The notes under the pieces: generated by a model
Told to the model about the DNA's origin: nothing
What the model saw: the letters and a program-made list of their open reading frames with translations, nothing else
Database searches by the model: none
Shown: positions 1-9,055 of the stretch, piece by piece
Position numbering within the stretch: position 1 is the first letter of the stretch
How the letters are laid out: each line of letters opens with the position of its first letter
Translations under genes and position numbers: made by a program
Assembly (NCBI GenBank): GCA_963846575.1
Contig: CAWJWJ010000002.1
Location: 2,240,001-2,304,000, forward strand
Length of the DNA: 64,000 bases
Direction of reading: 5' to 3'
Origin: an uncultured Nitrospiraceae bacterium
GTDB lineage: Bacteria; Nitrospirota; Nitrospiria; Nitrospirales; Nitrospiraceae

Positions 1-465
1 TTGGCCTATCCCAGCGCCATGCAACGGGCCACCAAGACAGTGTTGCTCATTCCCGGCCACGACCTCACCAGCGACGGCATCGTGGTGCAGCTCAACGGCT
101 ATCTGGTTCAGCTCGAACATCCGAAACCGGGCGACTCCCTCATCGCCAAGGAAGACGTCATGCTCCAGGCGTCGGTGCGCACCTTGTCTGGCTCGCTCGT
201 GCGACCGCACAGCGATTGGGATTCGCGGAGGATTCAGATCTATGGCGAGCTCCTCATCGGAGGCCGCATCGTCGAGCGTCTTCAGATGTTCTATTCGGGA
301 GAACAAAGCCGGTTCGAGTCTCCCTTCTTCGTGCCGCTCCCGAAGGACGCACCGGACGGCATCACCTTGCGCGTCATCGCAGCCGACGGAGCCAACGGCA
401 ATTTCGGGATGGGATCGGCTCAGTATCCCGTCCTCTCTGAGCGGCTTCGTCCCAGGAAGAATTGA
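1..465 (+). CDS. Hypothetical protein, C-terminal part (5' truncated by window edge)
   Basis: Open frame from position 1 to TGA at 463-465 with gene-like codon usage; no family motif recognised. Confidence 0.6.
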   Translation: MAYPSAMQRATKTVLLIPGHDLTSDGIVVQLNGYLVQLEHPKPGDSLIAKEDVMLQASVRTLSGSLVRPHSDWDSRRIQIYGELLIGGRIVERLQMFYSGEQSRFESPFFVPLPKDAPDGITLRVIAADGANGNFGMGSAQYPVLSERLRPRKN

Positions 466-555
466 GTCACCGGGTGATATGGTGATGTCATGACCTAAGG
501 ACCGCCGGCCGGTACAGCCGGCCGGATCATTCAACTACCCGGGAACAGATTCTCC

Positions 556-2340
556 ATGGATCCAAAACAACGACAATTCTCCATCTGGTACATGTTCATC
601 GCGCTCTGGGTCTTGATGCTGATCCAGATGTTTCTTCCCTCCTTCTTCAATCCCACTGAAATTCCCTACAGCGAATTCAAAGAATCCGTCGCGGCCGGCA
701 GGGTGACGGAGATTTCCGTCTCGCCGCACATCATTCACGGGAAGATGAAGGACGACAAAAATTTCAATACCGTCCGCATCGAGGATCCCGATCTGGTCAA
801 GGATTTGGCCCAGGGTCAAGTCAAGGTGACGGGGGTTATCGAGAGCACCATTATCCGGGATCTGCTGTCGTGGATCGTCCCGATCGCTCTCTTCTTCGGC
901 GTCTGGTGGTTCCTCCTGCGCCGCATGGGGCAAAGCCAGGGCTTCATGACAGTCGGTCAGAGCAAAGCAAAGATTTATGTCGAAAAAGAAGTGAAAGTCC
1001 GCTTCGCCGATGTGGCCGGAGTCGACGAGGCCAAGCAGGAATTGGAAGAGATCATCGAATTCCTCAAGACACCTGAAAAGTTTCGCCGGCTGGGCGGGAA
1101 GATTCCGAAAGGCATCCTGCTCGTCGGACCGCCGGGGACCGGCAAGACGCTCCTTGCCAAGGCCGTGGCCGGCGAAGCGGCCGTACCGTTTTTTTCGATC
1201 AGCGGATCGGAATTCGTGGAGATGTTCGTCGGGGTCGGCGCGGCCCGGGTCCGCGACCTGTTCGAGCAGGCCAAGAGCAAGGCACCCTGCATCATCTTCC
1301 TCGACGAACTCGACGCGCTCGGAAAGGCCCGAGGGGTCGGCCCCATGGTCCACGAGGAACGCGAGCAAACCTTGAACCAGTTGCTGGTCGAGATGGATGG
1401 ATTCGATTCACGCGTGGGCGTCATTCTCGTCGCGGCCACCAACCGTCCGGAAATCCTCGATCCCGCGTTACTGCGGGCCGGGCGATTTGATCGCCAGGTC
1501 CTCGTGGACCGGCCGGACAAGATCGGACGGCTTGCCATTCTGAAGGTGCATGCCCGCAGCATCACGCTCGAGAATGAGGAAGACTTGAAAACCATCGCAG
1601 CCATGACCCCCGGCTTCGTCGGAGCCGACCTGGCCAATTTGCTCAACGAAGCGGCACTTCTGGCAGTCCGGGGCGGCAAGGACACCGTGGGTCTGGCCGA
1701 ACTGCAAGAAGCCGTAGAGCGGGTCATCGGCGGACTCGAAAAGAAAAACCGGGTCCTGAACAAAATGGAGAAGGCGCGCGTCGCGCACCACGAGGTCGGC
1801 CATGCGTTAGTCGCGATGTCCATTCCAGGCGGCGATGCCGTCCACAAAATCTCAATCATCCCGCGAGGTATTGCCGCGCTCGGGTATACCATGCAGCTCC
1901 CGACCGAAGATCGATTCCTCATGACCGTGTCCGAACTGAAGAACAAGATCGCCGTACTGCTTGGCGGGCGGGCGGCGGAAGACGTGATCTACGGAGAGGT
2001 TTCGACCGGCGCGCAGGACGATCTGCGCAAGGCCACCGACATTGCGAAGAGCATGGTCAAAACGTACGGCATGAGCGAGAAACTGGGCCAGGTGAGTCTG
2101 GAGCGGGATCGGCAATCCTTGTTTCTTCAGACCGGCCCCTCGCAGACTCCGGCCGACTACAGCGAACAGACATCGCGCGAAATCGATTGCGAGGTCCGGG
2201 AATTGATCGACGAACAATACGGGCAAGCGCGGGATCTCATCAAGACCCAGGAAGCCCTCCTTCGCAACGCCGCCCAGGTGCTGCTGGAGAAAGAAACGAT
2301 TACCGGGGAAGAACTTAAAGCATTAGCTGAGGGACGATGA
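556..2340 (+). CDS. ftsH: ATP-dependent zinc metalloprotease FtsH
   Basis: Two N-terminal TM segments, Walker A GPPGTGKT, Walker [32 protein letters not shown], Zn motif HEVGH. Confidence 0.97.
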   Translation: MDPKQRQFSIWYMFIALWVLMLIQMFLPSFFNPTEIPYSEFKESVAAGRVTEISVSPHIIHGKMKDDKNFNTVRIEDPDLVKDLAQGQVKVTGVIESTIIRDLLSWIVPIALFFGVWWFLLRRMGQSQGFMTVGQSKAKIYVEKEVKVRFADVAGVDEAKQELEEIIEFLKTPEKFRRLGGKIPKGILLVGPPGTGKTLLAKAVAGEAAVPFFSISGSEFVEMFVGVGAARVRDLFEQAKSKAPCIIFLDELDALGKARGVGPMVHEEREQTLNQLLVEMDGFDSRVGVILVAATNRPEILDPALLRAGRFDRQVLVDRPDKIGRLAILKVHARSITLENEEDLKTIAAMTPGFVGADLANLLNEAALLAVRGGKDTVGLAELQEAVERVIGGLEKKNRVLNKMEKARVAHHEVGHALVAMSIPGGDAVHKISIIPRGIAALGYTMQLPTEDRFLMTVSELKNKIAVLLGGRAAEDVIYGEVSTGAQDDLRKATDIAKSMVKTYGMSEKLGQVSLERDRQSLFLQTGPSQTPADYSEQTSREIDCEVRELIDEQYGQARDLIKTQEALLRNAAQVLLEKETITGEELKALAEGR

Positions 2341-3026
2341 CTCTGCCTGTCCGCATGGTGTTCAGCCTCTGCCTCATCTCCTCCGTCTCCCTGAGTCCGG
2401 CCTGGGCCCCTCCGGCCAAAGCCCAACATGGCCATCAGCATGACCCTTTACCGAACGTCACCGAGTATCTGGACCGGCTCGACCGACCGGAACGTGACCA
2501 GGATCAAAAACCGTCCCAGGTCATCGAGGCCCTGCGGCTGAAGCCCGGCATGAGCGTCGCCGACCTGGGGTCAGGATCGGGGTACTTCACCCGGCGGTTT
2601 GTCGACGCCGTCACCGATCAGGGGACCGTCTATGCCATCGACGTGGAGGCCAAAGCCCTGCAGCATATCGAACAACGCCTCCAGCGGCTCAACCGGCCCT
2701 ATCATGTCGAGCTCATTCTCGCCCCTTCCGACAATCCCATGCTCCCTCCCAGCTCGGTCGATCTGATCTTCATCTGCAACACCTATCATCATCTCGAGAA
2801 CCATCGGACCTACCTTCGACACCTGCGGTCCGCGCTCAAACCGGGCGGTCGGGTTGCGATCATCGACTTCTACCCCGACGAGCGATCAGGCGATCTCGGA
2901 TTCCCCAAGGTGCACCTCGCCACACCCGCCCGGGTGGTTGAGGAAATGAGCACCGCCGGCTTTGAGCCGACGATCGAACATGCCTTTCTGCCGAAACAAT
3001 ACTTCCTGGAATTCACGCCGCGATAA
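2337..3026 (+). CDS. Class I SAM-dependent methyltransferase with predicted signal peptide
   Basis: VADLGSGSGYF motif I, YAIDVE, DLIF..YHH, LKPGG; hydrophobic N-terminus ending PAWA; ATGA overlap with ftsH stop. Confidence 0.85.
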   Translation: MTLPVRMVFSLCLISSVSLSPAWAPPAKAQHGHQHDPLPNVTEYLDRLDRPERDQDQKPSQVIEALRLKPGMSVADLGSGSGYFTRRFVDAVTDQGTVYAIDVEAKALQHIEQRLQRLNRPYHVELILAPSDNPMLPPSSVDLIFICNTYHHLENHRTYLRHLRSALKPGGRVAIIDFYPDERSGDLGFPKVHLATPARVVEEMSTAGFEPTIEHAFLPKQYFLEFTPR

Positions 3027-3137
3027 GCCGCGCCTCACCATTCTTCACCTCAGAGATGCCCTCGCGCGATGGTCCGCCTCCGGCCGGACCCGGGGGAAGG
3101 CTTGCCCTTGCCCCGCACCCATGAGACACTGAAACCG

Positions 3138-4079
3138 ATGGTGCCTCCCACTTATCATGAACTTCGCTCCCGCCTGCAGATCGGGCTCGTACTCAATGCC
3201 GTGATCATACTCGCGGAGTTCGTCGGCGGGTTTCTGACCAACAGTATCGGACTGATTGGAGACGCCGGACACAATCTCGTCGATCAGGGCTCCCTGTTCC
3301 TCGCGCTGTACGCGCACGTGCTGACGGCGCGGCCGGCCACCGATGCGCGGACGTTCGGCTATCACCGGGCCGGCATCGTCGCCGCGTTCCTCAACTCGTT
3401 TCTCCTCCTGCTCACAGCCATCGGCATCACCTTCGTCAGCTTCGAACGCATCATGTCTCCCGTTCCGGTCCCCGGAGGATGGGTGATGCTGATCGCGCTG
3501 ATCAGCTTCGCCGCGAATCTGTCCGTCGCGCTCCTGCTTCAACATGGCGCGAAGGACGACCTGAATATCCGCAGCGCCTTCTGGCACATGCTGACGGACG
3601 CGTGGGTGTCCCTGGGCGTCGTCATCAGCGGAGGCGCCATTCTGCTGACGGGCTGGTCGATCTTCGATCCCCTTGTGAGCCTGCTGGTGGTGGCGGCCAT
3701 CGCCAGAGGCGCCTGGCCTCTCTTTAAGGAATCACTGGAAGTACTACTGGAATCGACGCCGCCCGGCGTCAGCCCCGCGCAGGTCGCCGCCACCGTCGAA
3801 TCCATCCCCGGCGTGAAGAACGTTCACGATCTCCACATCTGGGCGGTCGAGCCGCGGCTCATCATGATGACGACACATGTGCAGGTGGACGGCGGCGACA
3901 ACGCGCTGACGACCGAGCTGCTCCACACGATTCGGAACCGGATCGCAACGGATTTCGGCATCACCCACCTGACGATCCAGTTGGAGACGCAATGCTGCGA
4001 CCCGGAGGCCGTCCACTGCGACCTCAATCGTCTGCACCGTCAACATCCGCAGCGGGAAATCCTCCACAGCCATCACTAG
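3138..4079 (+). CDS. Cation diffusion facilitator (CzcD/ZitB-like Zn/Co/Cd transporter)
   Basis: SIGLIGDAGHNLVD, TFGYHR, NIRSAFWHMLTD, VHDLHIW, HLTIQLE motifs; ~6 TM segments; start may be 3069. Confidence 0.92.
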   Translation: MVPPTYHELRSRLQIGLVLNAVIILAEFVGGFLTNSIGLIGDAGHNLVDQGSLFLALYAHVLTARPATDARTFGYHRAGIVAAFLNSFLLLLTAIGITFVSFERIMSPVPVPGGWVMLIALISFAANLSVALLLQHGAKDDLNIRSAFWHMLTDAWVSLGVVISGGAILLTGWSIFDPLVSLLVVAAIARGAWPLFKESLEVLLESTPPGVSPAQVAATVESIPGVKNVHDLHIWAVEPRLIMMTTHVQVDGGDNALTTELLHTIRNRIATDFGITHLTIQLETQCCDPEAVHCDLNRLHRQHPQREILHSHH

Positions 4080-4104
4080 CCCGCAGGCGATCCTTGCGGA
4101 TACA

Positions 4105-5082
4105 ATGGCTCCCATGGTTCAGACAATCCCCGTTCCCTTCTACATCCTTTGCGGCTCCCTCGGCGCCGGCAAGACAACCTTGCTCATGCGCCTCCTCGAA
4201 TATTGGAATGCTCAGGGGCACAAAGTCGGGGTGCTCATGAACGAAGCGGGGGAAGTCAGCATTGATGGCCCGCGCGCGGGAACGATCGCCGAGCAGGTGC
4301 TCAACCTGGCCGGTGGCTGCATCTGCTGCGATACGAAAGACGACCTGGCGTGGAGCATCACGCAGCTCGTCCAGGATTATCAGTCCACCCTGATCGTGCT
4401 GGAATGCTCGGGCATGGCCGACCCGGCGGAGGTCGTCGATGCCGTGACCGACGCCTACGTGTCGCGGATTGCGAGGCTCGAAAGGATTCTGGCACTGCTG
4501 CACCCGGTCCCGCTTCCCGACTCCGGCATGGCAGAAATGGTGACGCGTAATGCCATTCGTTATGCCGACGACCTGATCCTCAACAAGCGAGATCTCTACA
4601 TCCCAGGACATTGGGAACAGTTCCGTGACACGATCACCCGGTACAACCCCTATGGTCGGCTATATGAAACGAACCACGCCCGGGTGGATATCCCGTCTGT
4701 GCTCGCGGCTCCCATGGTGCGATCGCGTCCGACCAACGTCGCATTCGAGAAAACAAGCGGGTCGGCTGCCACGCGCGACACTCGCGCCCCTGACCATCCC
4801 ATGGTCACCACGGTACGCTTCACGAAGCCGCTCGACCGCATCCGGTTCGTGGCTTGGACACAGTCACTACCCGAAGGACTCGAACGGGCGAAGGGGTTTT
4901 TTCGCTTTGTGCATGAACCGGAGCTGCAGGAGTTTCAGTTCTTCCATCCACGGACCAGCACCATCACCCCGGTGATGCTGCTCGATGAACCGGATCATGT
5001 CATCGTCTTAATCGGGCGCGACTTCGACCAGGAACTCTGCCGCAAGTCCCTCCTCGAGTGTCTCGCCGATTCCAACCGTTAG
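4105..5082 (+). CDS. COG0523/CobW-family G3E GTPase (metallochaperone)
   Basis: GSLGAGKTT, MNEAGE, GGCICC metal motif, ECSG, NKRD, C-terminal RAKG (CobW_C). Confidence 0.92.
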   Translation: MAPMVQTIPVPFYILCGSLGAGKTTLLMRLLEYWNAQGHKVGVLMNEAGEVSIDGPRAGTIAEQVLNLAGGCICCDTKDDLAWSITQLVQDYQSTLIVLECSGMADPAEVVDAVTDAYVSRIARLERILALLHPVPLPDSGMAEMVTRNAIRYADDLILNKRDLYIPGHWEQFRDTITRYNPYGRLYETNHARVDIPSVLAAPMVRSRPTNVAFEKTSGSAATRDTRAPDHPMVTTVRFTKPLDRIRFVAWTQSLPEGLERAKGFFRFVHEPELQEFQFFHPRTSTITPVMLLDEPDHVIVLIGRDFDQELCRKSLLECLADSNR

Positions 5083-5666
5083 GAAATAGATTCCGTAGAG
5101 GCCCGAGGAGCAGGCGCGTTCCCGATGTGATTCGGAAGCGGACGGAAGCGAGACCAGCGGAGAAGCAGCCAGGCTGCGCCCCCTCCAACCAAGCCTCCCA
5201 CGACCCAGCCGCCGATCACGTCAGTCAGGTAATGCGCCCCGATGTAGACACGGGACAGCCCGATCGCCACCACCAGCGGCCAGGTGAACCAACCCGAACG
5301 GGGATAGAGGATCTGGAAAAAGACCGCAGCTGCAGCCGTGTTGGCCGCGTGATTCGAAGGGAAGGAGAACGCTCCCCCGCAGCCCAGCAACTTCTGCACT
5401 TCCGACAGAGTCAGGCAAGGGCGCGGACGTTGAACTAAACCTTTAAGTTGAGTTCCCAGCGCATCGGTACTGCCGATGACGCCCGCCAATGTCGCCAAGC
5501 CGATCACACCCTCCCGCCAGTTGCGCCAAACCCAATAACTTGCGAGCAGCGCGCCGGGATAGTACAGGTTCCCCGGCTTTGCCAGCTCGATCATGATCCA
5601 ATCGAGCGTCGCGGACCGACCGGCAAGATTGTTGATGGCATGAAAAAGGATCTCGTCCAGGTCCAT
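5079..5666 (-). CDS. PAP2-family membrane phosphatase (undecaprenyl-PP phosphatase-like)
   Basis: K..V.RPRP, SFPSNH, SRVYIGAHYLTD motifs. Confidence 0.9.
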   Translation of the reverse strand: MDLDEILFHAINNLAGRSATLDWIMIELAKPGNLYYPGALLASYWVWRNWREGVIGLATLAGVIGSTDALGTQLKGLVQRPRPCLTLSEVQKLLGCGGAFSFPSNHAANTAAAAVFFQILYPRSGWFTWPLVVAIGLSRVYIGAHYLTDVIGGWVVGGLVGGGAAWLLLRWSRFRPLPNHIGNAPAPRASTESIS

Positions 5667-5925
5667 ACCGGCGACGATAACGGGTCGGGCGGGATCAGTC
5701 AAATAGTTCGCACAGACTCAGAAGGGGAAAAATTCGGGTTCCTATTCCAACGCGGTCCGTTCATCCTCGCTCCTGAATCGACACACGCTCTACAAGAGGC
5801 CGCCGAATGCGGCAACCCCGGAATGAGAAGCCTCGATGCCCGCCACCCCGCATCACACCGTCACACTCATTTTCACTGCCGATCCTGCACTGCAGCAATG
5901 ACGGAGGCCGCCTCACAGGATTCAT

Positions 5926-6372
5926 CTATTGCGACCGGAAGTGAATGCGTACGGTGAGTGCGCCGTCGACCGGTTCATCACCGTTGAGTTGCGGGTCAAA
6001 GGTCCATTTGTTCAACGCAATCATGCCGGCGACCGTGAGCTCACGATGTTTGGCCGGCTCCAACACCACCACCGTGACCGTCGCATCCTTTGAGACGAGC
6101 AGGCGCGCCTTCATCCAGTCATCGAGCGGCTTGCCATCCAATGACGAAGGAACCGCCGGCCATGGCGTCGACTTCGGCACCGGACCCAGCTGCTGATCCT
6201 TATTCAGCGGCAGACCGTGGACATGCACTTCCGGCAGTTCGATGATGTCGGCATCCAACGCATGGTCCGCTTCATGCGTCGCTTCGTCTCCAGTCACGGC
6301 ATGCGCCGCAAACGGAACACAGAACATCACCGCCGTGGTCATACTCACCATCCATCGCATAGCCTTCACCAT
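5926..6372 (-). CDS. Small exported protein with TonB C-terminal-like domain
   Basis: Signal peptide ending AHA; C-terminal ..ALNKWTFDPQLNGDEPVDGALTVRIHF resembles TonB_C; SD GGAGG upstream; directly downstream of TBDT. Confidence 0.7.
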   Translation of the reverse strand: MVKAMRWMVSMTTAVMFCVPFAAHAVTGDEATHEADHALDADIIELPEVHVHGLPLNKDQQLGPVPKSTPWPAVPSSLDGKPLDDWMKARLLVSKDATVTVVVLEPAKHRELTVAGMIALNKWTFDPQLNGDEPVDGALTVRIHFRSQ

Positions 6373-6392
6373 CGTCCTCCATCCTCTGACGC

Positions 6393-6510
6393 CTGCTCAA
6401 ACGGGCCAGCCAGCATGGCTGCAAGCAACGCACGCCCCGGAGGCATACCCCCGGGGGTACGTTGGGGATTCGTGCGCGCCGAGCACGCCGGTGGTGACCC
6501 GCTTGAGCAG
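6393..6510. repeat. ~118-bp palindromic intergenic element (REP/MITE-like)
   Basis: Terminal inverted repeats CTGCTCAAACGGG (6393-6405) and CCCGCTTGAGCAG (6498-6510), 12/13 match; central hairpin TACCCCCGGGGGTA. Confidence 0.65.
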
Positions 6511-6514
6511 CCGG

Positions 6515-8962
6515 TTAAAAAAACCATTGGCCGCGCAGAAAAAACGACCGTGGCATCCCCGCATGGGCGACGCCCAGCCCGATGCTCCCCTCCCCCTGGT
6601 TGATGAAATATTTCTGGTCCAACAGGTTGATGACGTCGAATCCCAGGAGAAACTTCTGCCCTTCCCAGGGCAGCGGGAACACGTGGACAATCGAGAGATT
6701 GTAAATCGTGTAAGAGGGGCTATGGCTGGAGTTGGTCTTCGCCTCCTCGTTCTCCGCCGTTCGCAGGCCGGAGGCAAACAGCATCTGGCCGGTGAACGTC
6801 GTGCGTTCCTTGAAACGGTAACTCACGACAGCCGAACTCGTCAGCGTCTGCATATGGTCGCAAAACACTCCGCCCCGCGAGTTGATGTCCGAAATCTCCT
6901 TCGCTTCGAGGAGAAAATGGCCCGACTGCAACCCATAGCCCTTGCATTGCCCCCAGGCCACATTGCCGCGCGCCGTCAGGTTGTCGGCCAACTGCAGTTT
7001 CAGCGCCCCGTCGATGCCGCGTTGCCACCCGCGGTCGAACGCAAAGTAGTTTAACAGCGGCGTGGTGCCGAATTGCCCGGCATCCGACAGGAAGTTGCTG
7101 AGCTTGTACCATCCCGTCAATTGCAGCGTCGCATAGCGATTCAGCGCATGATAGCTGCCCACCTCGAAATAATGCGCCCGTTCGGCCCGGACTGTATTGT
7201 TGGTCAGGTCTTCCGGTTCCGCCCTCGTGCCCACCGTGTTCAGCTTGGCAAACGAGATCGCTTCGAGATTCGGGGGCGTGAACAGTCGTCCATAAAACAC
7301 ATGGAAGACGTTGGACTGGTTGTACTTGTAGCTCGCTCCCAGACGCGGGCTGACCTGTCCTTCATCCCGCAGATATTGGACGACATCGGCCCGCAACCCG
7401 AGGTTGAAGGTCCACTGGTCGTTCGGGCTCCATTGGTCTTGAATCCAGAACTCCTGGCGATAGCCGATCTGGCGGTTGTCGGCGTTGAGACCGAGCAGGT
7501 CACCTGTGGGATTCCCCGCGCCGTCGTCCGCGAAGGTAAAGAGTCGCGTCTTATTGACGGCCTGCGTCCGATCGAGTTGAAACCCCGTCTTGATGAGGTG
7601 CTGCTTGCTGTGCACATAGGTGTAATCGAGCCGCAAGCCGGTCGAATAGGCCCTGCGATCCTGATCGGAGGCCGAAAACGGCTCGGAAGGATCCGCCGTA
7701 TAGGCCAGAAAGTTGAGCGGGTCCGTTTTGAAGATGGCCCGAGTATGGCGGATATACCCCGCCAGGCTGAAAAAATTGTTGGCGTTGACGTCATGCCTCC
7801 ACACCATGTGGCCGTACTGATTATTTTCTTTTTGGAACTCATCGATGGCCTGGGAGGCCACGGGAGTAAAGCCGGGGCGGCTCGCCTGCAGGAGCGGCAG
7901 CAGCTGCCCGCTCGGATCCAGTTCGAGGCCGGGCCTGGTGGGGATTTGATACTTGGCCACCGAATTCAAGAACAGCCAGGTGAAGTTATTCTTGTTGTCG
8001 TGCTGATAATCCCCGCGAATGAAGGTTTGATTGCGTTCGCTCTGTCCATGAAAAATCGAGTGCCCCAGGGTCGGCGGCTCGATGCCACGGTTCGTCGTCG
8101 TATAGCTATTCAAAATGTAAAAGCGGAACTTTTCGCCGATCGTCCCGCCATACTCCAGGGACGGGTTGAGGGTCCGGTTCGACCCGCCCATCGTTTGAAT
8201 CGATCCGAAGGCCGGTTTCGTCCCGCTTTTGGTCGTGATATCCAGGACAGCCGCCGCCTTGTTTCCGTACTGCGCTTCCAAGCCCCCGAGAATGATGTCG
8301 GCCCGTTCCCAGGCGCGCGGACTGATGACATCGGAGAAGGTGGAGGACACGGTGTCCGGAATCGGAACCCCGTCGATCCGCAGTTGCAGGTTCGCATGGT
8401 CCTGACGGATATGCACCTGCTTGAGCGAGCCGTACACCGCGCTGGGGATCGTCAGGAGCACGTCATGAAGCTCGACATTGTTGCCGCGCGGCAGAAGTTC
8501 AATTTCCTTTCGGCTCAGCGAGTAGGTTTCGCTCGAGGCCTTGTACTGGATGGGCGGCAGCGAGGTCACGACCTCAAGCGCGATCTCATTGGTCGTCGAG
8601 AGCGTCAGCGTGACGGGCGGGATCGGGTCCCTGCCCACCTTGATGATGGTATATTCGCTTCGCAAAGACTCCTGCACGGCGCTGACCGAATACGTGCCTT
8701 CGTGAACGACCTCCACGACAAATTCTCCCGCGTCGTCCGCCACCGCCGAACCGACCAGGCTCCCTTCCTGATCCTTCACCTCTACCCTGGCCTGCGGGAC
8801 ACGCCGGAGATCCTGACTTTGTACCGTCCCCGAAATCGTGTGTACGTGGCTCACCGACGGTGCCGGGCCCTCCGCCGCCTGGGCCGGCAGGGTCCCGAGC
8901 AAGCCACTGACCAATAACAAACCCACCCACACCCGACCTATGGTGCTGACTGACAAACCCAT
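6515..8962 (-). CDS. TonB-dependent outer-membrane receptor with N-terminal carboxypeptidase-regulatory-like domain
   Basis: Signal peptide ..AQA; ISGTVQS..VP.ARVEV..G.Y.V domain; plug LQLRIDGVP..AQYG..AAVLDITTK; beta-strand pattern; NLLDQKY; terminal Phe; SD GGGAGG before ATG 8962. Confidence 0.93.
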   Translation of the reverse strand: MGLSVSTIGRVWVGLLLVSGLLGTLPAQAAEGPAPSVSHVHTISGTVQSQDLRRVPQARVEVKDQEGSLVGSAVADDAGEFVVEVVHEGTYSVSAVQESLRSEYTIIKVGRDPIPPVTLTLSTTNEIALEVVTSLPPIQYKASSETYSLSRKEIELLPRGNNVELHDVLLTIPSAVYGSLKQVHIRQDHANLQLRIDGVPIPDTVSSTFSDVISPRAWERADIILGGLEAQYGNKAAAVLDITTKSGTKPAFGSIQTMGGSNRTLNPSLEYGGTIGEKFRFYILNSYTTTNRGIEPPTLGHSIFHGQSERNQTFIRGDYQHDNKNNFTWLFLNSVAKYQIPTRPGLELDPSGQLLPLLQASRPGFTPVASQAIDEFQKENNQYGHMVWRHDVNANNFFSLAGYIRHTRAIFKTDPLNFLAYTADPSEPFSASDQDRRAYSTGLRLDYTYVHSKQHLIKTGFQLDRTQAVNKTRLFTFADDGAGNPTGDLLGLNADNRQIGYRQEFWIQDQWSPNDQWTFNLGLRADVVQYLRDEGQVSPRLGASYKYNQSNVFHVFYGRLFTPPNLEAISFAKLNTVGTRAEPEDLTNNTVRAERAHYFEVGSYHALNRYATLQLTGWYKLSNFLSDAGQFGTTPLLNYFAFDRGWQRGIDGALKLQLADNLTARGNVAWGQCKGYGLQSGHFLLEAKEISDINSRGGVFCDHMQTLTSSAVVSYRFKERTTFTGQMLFASGLRTAENEEAKTNSSHSPSYTIYNLSIVHVFPLPWEGQKFLLGFDVINLLDQKYFINQGEGSIGLGVAHAGMPRSFFLRGQWFF

Positions 8963-9055
8963 GCGAACCTCCCCCAATGAATCTGCTTCCATGCAGAGCC
9001 GTGCCCGGGTCATTTGCCCGGGCAACCTCCAGTAAACATGAACGTCACGTTGAGG

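Noticed and set aside
505..525. GC hairpin CCGGCCGGT-aca-GCCGGCCGG before ftsH
   Set aside because: No U-tract; cannot be called a terminator
5703..5925. Intergenic region as a possible riboswitch or sRNA
   Set aside because: No cobalamin or other riboswitch consensus recognised by eye; needs an Rfam scan
7073..8917. 614-aa + strand ORF
   Set aside because: Antisense shadow of the TonB-dependent receptor; no motifs; expected with high-GC codon bias
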